Below are positions 6,718 through 12,592 of a DNA stretch of 16,848 nucleotides, piece after piece. This stretch comes from a virus (taxonomy: Duplodnaviria > Heunggongvirae > Uroviricota > Caudoviricetes), in the IMG/VR virus record IMGVR_UViG_3300027994_000001, positions 121,776-138,623 of that record; one strand, 5' to 3'. The notes below the pieces were generated by a model. It ran no database searches and was not told the DNA's origin. It saw only the letters and a program-made list of their open reading frames with translations. Position 1 is the first letter of the stretch. Each line of letters opens with the position of its first letter. The translations under genes and the position numbers were made by a program.

Positions 6718-7697
6718 AATTGTTGTTTTAAAAATTCAAAATCTTCTGGATTGGCTTTTAAATGTTTTATAAAATTATCCATCCCCTGTACTTTTTGTTC
6801 TTCGCTATTTACGTCTGGAAAAGTAGTCCAACCCCCACCAGAAACTTTGGCTATATCTAACTCGCAAAATAATTGAGCGTACTCATCAATTTCATTAAAT
6901 CCTCCATCATAGTAAAAGTTTAAAGTAATAACTTCTTTTGGGTTGTAAGGGGCTAATTTAGACTTCTTAATTCTTACATCTAATTTATGACCTATTGGAT
7001 TTTTATCATCATCTAAAATAATATCTTTCTTTGTAAGTTCTAATATTAAATTAGACATTGTATACTGCCAGCCACCTCTTGAAAGTTTTCTAGGGTCGCC
7101 CATAGCACCAGGGTCTAGTTTATAGCTCGTCAGTCCTATAATAGCAATGTCCCTCTTTACGCAGTTTCCTTCAATTATTGGCATTCTAGCTGTAAATTTA
7201 CGAGCTTCAACTGCCATATTATTATCTTCGGCAGATTTAGCTTCTACAACAGATGATACAAAAACAGGAATAGAATCTAAAACAATAACACCTATCTCTT
7301 CTGCTGTTGCTATTGCTTCAACTGTATCTAGCATGTTTTCTAAATTTCTACTTTTTTCTGGAAGAAAATATTCTTTTTTAACTCCCATTCTATTCAAGTA
7401 TGATTGATCTAAAGTTCCTTCCGCATCCCAAAACATACCTATTTTACCAAGTCTTTCATTTGAGTCTTTAATGGCTTTAAGGGCAAGTGATGTTTTACCT
7501 GTACCTCCATCTGCAATTATACAATTATACCCCCCTAATACAAATCCTCCTCCAGTTCTGTAATCTAGATATGGACTACCTGTAGAAATTGTTTTTTTAA
7601 CTAAATAGTCTTCTTTTTTATCTTTTAAAAGTGTTACTTTATCTTCTTCTTTTTTATCTTTATTTAGTTTTTTTAAAACATCTTGTAAGTTGGCCAT
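6714..7697 (-). CDS. recA: RecA/UvsX-like recombinase
   Basis: ISTGSPYLD, Walker A GGTGKTS, FWDAEGTLD, Walker B VIVLDS, EARKF, KKSKLAP, F.YDGG. Confidence 0.93.
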   Translation of the reverse strand: MANLQDVLKKLNKDKKEEDKVTLLKDKKEDYLVKKTISTGSPYLDYRTGGGFVLGGYNCIIADGGTGKTSLALKAIKDSNERLGKIGMFWDAEGTLDQSYLNRMGVKKEYFLPEKSRNLENMLDTVEAIATAEEIGVIVLDSIPVFVSSVVEAKSAEDNNMAVEARKFTARMPIIEGNCVKRDIAIIGLTSYKLDPGAMGDPRKLSRGGWQYTMSNLILELTKKDIILDDDKNPIGHKLDVRIKKSKLAPYNPKEVITLNFYYDGGFNEIDEYAQLFCELDIAKVSGGGWTTFPDVNSEEQKVQGMDNFIKHLKANPEDFEFLKQQL

Positions 7698-8075
7698 TTA
7701 TTCGTATTTATCTGTTATTTTGTAATTAATTTTTTCTGTTATTTGATCTTTTATTTCCGCGAAAATTTCCTTTACTCTAGGGTATATATTCATATCTTTA
7801 ACTTTTTCTAATGACCAAGTATCAAAATTAGTGTGGCATTGTTTTGATGAGTATTGCCCGCAAAGATAAAGTACATTCAAATCATTTGTGCTTATAGATT
7901 TAAAATATCCTTTTGGAAGACAATGCGCTATTTCAGAAACATCTCCTCTCAACTTATCTCCACATTCTTCGCAATGCTTAGACTTTGCAATTTCAATATG
8001 CTTTTGAAAAAATTCTGGAAAATCTTTGCGTTCTTCTTTTCTTTTCTCTAGAGCTTTTTTGCTATATCTTTTCAT
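7698..8075 (-). CDS. Zn-binding HNH-like nuclease (NinG/Rap-like)
   Basis: CEECG...EIAHCLPKG...NVLYLC...CHTNFD: CxxC, H, N, LC..CH pattern of beta-beta-alpha-Me nucleases; directly upstream of recA. Confidence 0.7.
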   Translation of the reverse strand: MKRYSKKALEKRKEERKDFPEFFQKHIEIAKSKHCEECGDKLRGDVSEIAHCLPKGYFKSISTNDLNVLYLCGQYSSKQCHTNFDTWSLEKVKDMNIYPRVKEIFAEIKDQITEKINYKITDKYE

Positions 8076-8079
8076 TATG

Positions 8080-8111
8080 TAAATGTAGTTATTTTAATTG
8101 AGAATAACAAA
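8080..8111 (-). promoter_or_regulatory. Bacteroidota-type promoter for HNH-recA operon
   Basis: TTTG-N20-TACATTTA, only 4 nt before the ATG at 8075. Confidence 0.6.
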
Positions 8112-8125
8112 TTTATTTTCTGTTT

Positions 8126-8347
8126 TTATTTGTTTTTCGCGGAATTTACTGTTCTGTTTATACTTTGGCAATACGTTAATAAATCTTGGAAATGTTCAAA
8201 AGGGACTTTTATTTTGATATCGTTTTCAGAGTAATCCTCGTCTGGTACATAGTGAAGTAGAATATTATCGTCATCTTGACTTTGTATTTCCCAAAATCCT
8301 TTTTTACTTTCTCCAACACCAATTAATTTCCAGTATTTAATTATCAT
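8126..8347 (-). CDS. Hypothetical protein (73 aa)
   Basis: ORF track; ATGA overlap. Confidence 0.75.
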   Translation of the reverse strand: MIIKYWKLIGVGESKKGFWEIQSQDDDNILLHYVPDEDYSENDIKIKVPFEHFQDLLTYCQSINRTVNSAKNK

Positions 8348-8724
8348 TTTAGTATATTAATAATTTCTTGTTTTAATTTTTCTTTACCCGCAAAATCAAA
8401 GTTTTTCAAAATCCATTTTAAATATCCCTTATCGTTGTCAAATACGTATTGAACAGTTTTTGTTGAGTGTTTTCCGAAGTTAAATACTTCTAGATACTCT
8501 TTTGGATTAATATAAGGGCTTACTTCTCTTTCTTTATAGGTTTTCTTATTCCGCCGGATAAAGTCTTTTAAAAAGTCTGTTTCTGATGTTATTTCTATTC
8601 CTCCACCTGCAAATATAAGTTCATTATTCTCATTTAAATAATAATGCTTCATATTACACCACCAATGAGAACTTTTATCACGAAATTGCTTTATTTCTAC
8701 TTTAGCTTCTTTCTTCGCGACCAA
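8344..8724 (-). CDS. Hypothetical protein with DUF3820/ExoX C-terminal-like motif
   Basis: TTG start; FNFGKHSTKTVQYVFDNDKGYLKWIL matches the FGK[YH]-x-G/K...D-x-x-YL-x-W motif. Confidence 0.65.
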   Translation of the reverse strand: MVAKKEAKVEIKQFRDKSSHWWCNMKHYYLNENNELIFAGGGIEITSETDFLKDFIRRNKKTYKEREVSPYINPKEYLEVFNFGKHSTKTVQYVFDNDKGYLKWILKNFDFAGKEKLKQEIINILK

Positions 8725-8727
8725 AAT

Positions 8728-9138
8728 TTAAAACAACATTAATATCTGACTATTAATAGAATTTAATCGTAAAAGTTTATTCTCTCTGTACTTTTCAAAC
8801 TCTTTAAAAATCGATTTTGCTTGTTTCTTATAAAAATTTACGCATTCTTTTTCTTCTGTGAATACACTTAAAGGAACTCCTGCATACGATCTATACCCTG
8901 TATTATCAAATAATTTAATTAAAGAAGAATTTGAAACCTTATCTTTTTTAATCTCCGAGAAAAATGAATGGCTGTAATTGACTCTTTTTGTAGTTTCATC
9001 TGTAGATCTGATTAAAACTTTCACAGGTTTTATATTTCTATCCTCTTTTTTGTCAAAGTCCGTCCATCTGTAGTCGCAAATAAAAACTGTTTTGCCATTA
9101 TGTTCTCCGTCTAATATTTCTTTTGTTTCTAACTTCAT
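8728..9138 (-). CDS. Hypothetical phage protein
   Basis: ORF track 8728..9165; ATG at 9138 avoids overlap with the upstream stop at 9140. Confidence 0.8.
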   Translation of the reverse strand: MKLETKEILDGEHNGKTVFICDYRWTDFDKKEDRNIKPVKVLIRSTDETTKRVNYSHSFFSEIKKDKVSNSSLIKLFDNTGYRSYAGVPLSVFTEEKECVNFYKKQAKSIFKEFEKYRENKLLRLNSINSQILMLF

Positions 9139-9139
9139 C

Positions 9140-9343
9140 TTATAAAAGTGTTTCGAGTTCCGCAATAAATAATTTCCTCATTGACATCTCTATCTCCAGT
9201 TCCATTATTGAATTTTTTATGTCTTCAATTTCTTTTCCGCCGAATTTATTTAAATCTAATTGAGTTAATTCATTCAATTGATGAAAACATTCTGATGCTG
9301 ATAGTCTATGTTCTGATATTAATTTCTGTAATTTATTTTCCAT
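9140..9343 (-). CDS. Small coiled-coil protein (67 aa)
   Basis: ORF track 9140..9433; start placed at MENKL (9343), next to upstream stop at 9345. Confidence 0.7.
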   Translation of the reverse strand: MENKLQKLISEHRLSASECFHQLNELTQLDLNKFGGKEIEDIKNSIMELEIEMSMRKLFIAELETLL

Positions 9344-9344
9344 A

Positions 9345-9542
9345 TTAATAATTGCTGTAAATTGGTTGAAAATATTCCTCGACAGCATTCGTAAAAGAAA
9401 TGCCTGAATTATAACTATGTTTCTGCCACTCATTTATAAATTCATTCACTGTCATAGTTTCTGGAATATAGTTTATATCTATCTCATAAGTTGGATTACT
9501 ATTATAAGTTAATCCAAAAACTGCGTCGTACTTAAATTCCAT
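9345..9542 (-). CDS. Hypothetical protein (65 aa)
   Basis: ORF track 9345..9572; start placed at MEFKY (9542). Confidence 0.7.
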   Translation of the reverse strand: MEFKYDAVFGLTYNSNPTYEIDINYIPETMTVNEFINEWQKHSYNSGISFTNAVEEYFQPIYSNY

Positions 9543-9834
9543 CTTCTTCTGTATTTTCAGGGAAACAACCAATCCATTCCCACTGTTTTCGGTAATGATT
9601 TAAATAATAGAACTTTCCGTCCTCTCCTAAATATAGATTACGCTTTTTCTTTTTCAGTTTTCTTGTTCGTATCACTACTTTTTGCGCGACTAGTTCAGAG
9701 AATTGTTCAAATGTTACGTGTTGATAATTATCACTTTCTCTGACAGATTTAACAGTTTCTATTTGCTCCGGCGTGTATTCGAATTTAATAAGTATCTGTT
9801 CGTATAATTGCCAGTCTTGTTTGGTTGATTCCAT
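9532..9834 (-). CDS. Hypothetical protein (100 aa)
   Basis: ORF track; tightly packed. Confidence 0.75.
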   Translation of the reverse strand: MESTKQDWQLYEQILIKFEYTPEQIETVKSVRESDNYQHVTFEQFSELVAQKVVIRTRKLKKKKRNLYLGEDGKFYYLNHYRKQWEWIGCFPENTEEDGI

Positions 9835-9835
9835 A

Positions 9836-10054
9836 TTATATATTTGTTATTGCTGTGTCAAGTAGTCTTTTGTAAGCGTAGTATCCTAATTCTTCCATGT
9901 TTTCATTTTCCGCGGAGAAAAAACTTAAAAACTGATATTTTATTTTTCTGCCGATTTCCAGATAATCATTCTTAAACACTTCTTCTCCTGTAGGTTTAAA
10001 CACTTCTAAAAAGCATTCTTTACTGTCTTCTTTTTTATAATAGTACTTTCTCAT
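9836..10054 (-). CDS. Hypothetical protein (72 aa)
   Basis: ORF track; 1-bp gaps on both sides. Confidence 0.75.
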   Translation of the reverse strand: MRKYYYKKEDSKECFLEVFKPTGEEVFKNDYLEIGRKIKYQFLSFFSAENENMEELGYYAYKRLLDTAITNI

Positions 10055-10055
10055 A

Positions 10056-10370
10056 TTAATCTACTAATAGCCCTCCAACTTCGTTAACTTCTCCTTCAAA
10101 TCTTATTTCGTTATCTTGTAGGAATTTATAAAAGGCAAATACTCTATCCTTAATATTAAGGTCATTTAGCAAGTCACTTATGCAAACGTAAATATCATTC
10201 TCTCCTCCTACATACATTGATTCACCAACTTCAAAATAATAGTAATTAGTATTTTCTAATACATCATCCAAATAAGTTGTAAAATCTTCATAGTACTCAC
10301 TATTTTCATCAAATTCCTTTCTTATTACTTTAACACCAATTCCATAATTTCCTGTATAATCTACTCCCAT
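10056..10370 (-). CDS. Acidic hypothetical protein (104 aa)
   Basis: The TTG at 10388 in the ORF track lies inside the promoter -7 box, so ATG at 10370 is preferred. Confidence 0.75.
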   Translation of the reverse strand: MGVDYTGNYGIGVKVIRKEFDENSEYYEDFTTYLDDVLENTNYYYFEVGESMYVGGENDIYVCISDLLNDLNIKDRVFAFYKFLQDNEIRFEGEVNEVGGLLVD

Positions 10371-10385
10371 GATCTTTATTTTAAA

Positions 10386-10417
10386 CAAATTTACAATTAA
10401 TAATTGAAATAACCTAA
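10386..10417 (-). promoter_or_regulatory. Bacteroidota-type promoter for the small-ORF early operon
   Basis: TTAG-N20-TAAATTTG; shares TTAGGTTATwTCAAT with the 2652-2683 promoter. Confidence 0.7.
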
Positions 10418-10544
10418 TGAAATCTAATTTAATTTCATATTTTTTGTATAATATTTTGCCGCCCTATTATTTATCTGTTTTTGTTGTTTACGAATATAGT
10501 TTGGCAGCAGACTAAAGACAAAGAGAATCAAAACGGATATTACC

Positions 10545-10778
10545 ACGTACTCTACTTCAAACCGAAACTATGCGCAAACTGAGTAACTAGATACTTAAAT
10601 GCCCTGCTCGGGCGGAGGTTAACCAAGCTACTGCGCTTCGCTTCGTATCTCGTTAACTAACCTATTATTTTTCTTTTATCTGTTTTGAAGTAGAGTACGT
10701 AAGTAATGGCTTCGCCTTTCGGTCGTTCCTCCCTCACTAAAGGATTTATTTTTTATTGGAGCTAAAGCTCCCGCTCCA
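10545..10778. other. Candidate replication origin / primosome assembly (ssi-type) element
   Basis: Perfect 17-bp inverted repeat 10545-10561/10684-10700; GCGAAGC mini-hairpins on minus strand (in 10628-10643 and 10708-10716); GC-rich hairpins 10601-10613 and 10757-10778; located near the strand switch. Confidence 0.5.
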
Positions 10779-10789
10779 TAGGATAACTT

Positions 10790-11070
10790 TAAGAATTTAA
10801 ATTTTGGCTGAATAATCAACCTTCAGGCGGAAATAGTGTAAAAACACCTCCTTGTCCCTTTAGCTTAAGTCCAGGAAATAAAATTCCTTTTCCGCAACAT
10901 GAGCGAATCCAATCGCAGCTCCATGTTATTAAACGCGAAAAATCCTTGTAAAACTAACAGCATAATATGGAACCGGCTGTATAACGTTTTAGAAAGGATT
11001 TTTCTTATTGTTATGATATTAGTAATTATGGTTCCATCCAATAATAACTATCTTATATTTTAATGCTATC
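10790..11070 (-). ncRNA. Candidate structured non-coding transcript
   Basis: Directly downstream of promoter 11074-11105, no minus-strand ORF of 60 aa or more, many stems, and crossed pairings 10938-10947/10994-11003 and 10967-10974/11030-11037. Confidence 0.45.
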
Positions 11071-11073
11071 CTG

Positions 11074-11105
11074 CAAAGGTAAGCATTATGTTTTGATTCT
11101 GCAAG
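11074..11105 (-). promoter_or_regulatory. Bacteroidota sigma-A promoter
   Basis: CTTG-N20-TACCTTTG. Confidence 0.7.
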
Positions 11106-11209
11106 CTTTTCAGTAGATTTTTTATGATGATTTGTAAAATAAGTTTTTTAGTCTTATGAAACCCTCACTAATACGTCCTTTTTAACGATTCATCTACTTT
11201 AATTATACG

Positions 11210-11241
11210 CAAACTTACAAAAATAAAATTTAATGTGCAAA
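11210..11241 (-). promoter_or_regulatory. Bacteroidota sigma-A promoter
   Basis: Exact TTTG-N20-TAAGTTTG. Confidence 0.8.
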
Positions 11242-11245
11242 TTAC

Positions 11246-11500
11246 TTAATTTTTGTTGAAGTCTATTTCTTCCCCGCCATCAAAAACTTCCGGCTTAAAG
11301 AGAAATAAATTATAAAAGAACAGCTTAAGATTTTCCGCATAAACAGATTCATGAACATTCTTAGATTCATACTTCCTGAATAAAGAGAAAGTAAGCGTCT
11401 TAATAAATTCTGCATTCTGTTCCCTATACTGAAAAGAGACATCACTATAACTAATATAATGATTCCATATACGTGAATAAAAATCGTCGTAAGCAAGCAT
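11246..11500 (-). CDS. Hypothetical protein (84 aa)
   Basis: ORF track; has its own consensus promoter just upstream; aromatic-rich. Confidence 0.7.
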   Translation of the reverse strand: MLAYDDFYSRIWNHYISYSDVSFQYREQNAEFIKTLTFSLFRKYESKNVHESVYAENLKLFFYNLFLFKPEVFDGGEEIDFNKN

Positions 11501-11524
11501 AATTCTTTGGTTTTAATTATAGTG

Positions 11525-11556
11525 CAAATATATAAAATAATAATTTAAAACGCAAA
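11525..11556 (-). promoter_or_regulatory. Bacteroidota sigma-A promoter
   Basis: Exact TTTG-N20-TATATTTG. Confidence 0.8.
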
Positions 11557-11673
11557 TTACTTAATTTTAGACCACACCCATACAAAATAAATTAATACAA
11601 AACTCTTAACGAAAAGTTAATTGATTAGGATATATCAATCTAATTGATTTATTTTGTAGTCTAAGAGCATTAA

Positions 11674-12123
11674 ATGGACGAAAAAGATATAAAAATAAAG
11701 CAGTTAGAAGCACAACTTTTAAAATTTAAAGAGCCTTTGAATGCCCTTAATATTAAAGTAAGTTCTAAAAATACGATAGAGAGGTTAGATAAATTCCTGA
11801 CCGCATACGCTGAATTAAAAATGACGGAAGAAAACAGACTTCTGCCGTCCCACAAACCAATTTTACTATATTATTTGGCGAAAGGTATTACAGATGAAGT
11901 ACTTCAAACTATTTTAGATGATAATCCTGAGCGGGAAAAAGTAAAAAAAGGAAAACAGCTTACAAGAAATCACCTACATACAATTAATAAAAAATTAAGA
12001 GACAGAGGATATCTAATAAAAGACGAAAAGAATTATCAAAAATTCAAATTATCTCCAGATTTAGAAGCAATAAGAAAAAAAGTATTAGAAGAAAATTGTA
12101 AATTAATTCTATTAATGTTTTAA
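11674..12123 (+). CDS. Probable winged-helix DNA-binding protein
   Basis: LLPSHKPILLYYL...LTRNHLHTINKKLRDRGYLIKDEKN...FKLSP fits recognition helix plus wing (L-x-x-[KR]GY[LI]); first gene of the rightward module. Confidence 0.5.
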   Translation: MDEKDIKIKQLEAQLLKFKEPLNALNIKVSSKNTIERLDKFLTAYAELKMTEENRLLPSHKPILLYYLAKGITDEVLQTILDDNPEREKVKKGKQLTRNHLHTINKKLRDRGYLIKDEKNYQKFKLSPDLEAIRKKVLEENCKLILLMF

Positions 12124-12124
12124 A

Positions 12125-12589
12125 ATGACCCAGTTAAGTTACTTAGATGATATCTTAAAAGAAGTATTTCGAAAACACAAACTGAAATATGATTATAAAC
12201 AGTCACTAGACGGAGTAAAATGGATGTTTGAATACATCGTAAGTGAAACTAAGAATCCAGAAGTATTTGCAATTGATTTACCATATTTAGGGCATTTGTA
12301 CAAAAACAAACATTTTGTAATAAACAGTAAAAAAAATATGGATGTCGGATCAGAAACTTACAAACAAGTGGAAGATCAGATACAGCAATTAAAGAGATTT
12401 GCAGATGAAAATGGGTGGAATACACCACATAATAAAATGCCATTCTTCTATAGTTTCAATAAATATATTTGTGATAGATTTGAAATAACAGACGTAGCGC
12501 GAAAGATGCATAAACCAAGTCATCAAATTTACGCCGCAACAGAATACATACAGAATAAAGATTATAAACGCCTAACAGAAAACAAATAA
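12125..12589 (+). CDS. HU/IHF-like DNA-binding protein with C-terminal extension
   Basis: DDILKEVFRKH helix, second helix, then IDLPYLGHLYKN ~ the HU V-x-L-x-GFG-x-F strand. Confidence 0.5.
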   Translation: MTQLSYLDDILKEVFRKHKLKYDYKQSLDGVKWMFEYIVSETKNPEVFAIDLPYLGHLYKNKHFVINSKKNMDVGSETYKQVEDQIQQLKRFADENGWNTPHNKMPFFYSFNKYICDRFEITDVARKMHKPSHQIYAATEYIQNKDYKRLTENK

Positions 12590-12592
12590 AAA

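Larger units (their letters stand above)
11237..11568. repeat. 17-bp direct repeat GCAAATTACTTAATTTT (11237-11253, 11552-11568)
   Basis: Two exact copies, each overlapping the -33 box of a leftward promoter. Confidence 0.85.

Noticed and set aside
3463-8051. Plus-strand ORFs 3463..3651, 3760..4077, 4917..5153, 7147..7407, 7854..8051
   Set aside because: Antisense shadows of well-supported minus-strand genes.
10899-11063. 54-aa plus-strand ORF with hydrophobic stretch IFLIVMILVIMVP, suggesting a type I toxin opposite the non-coding transcript
   Set aside because: No plus-strand promoter found upstream, and AT-rich DNA readily gives such stretches; not excluded without ribosome profiling.
10731-11171. 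CCCTCACTAA twice (10731-10740, 11162-11171), resembling the T3 promoter core
   Set aside because: Flanks do not complete a T3 promoter and no single-subunit polymerase is in view; kept only as a possible origin-associated repeat.
10389-11673. CRISPR mini-array, retron msr/msd, DGR or MITE
   Set aside because: No regularly spaced repeats, no reverse transcriptase, TR/VR pair or transposase in the window; no target-site duplication seen at the 17-bp IR.
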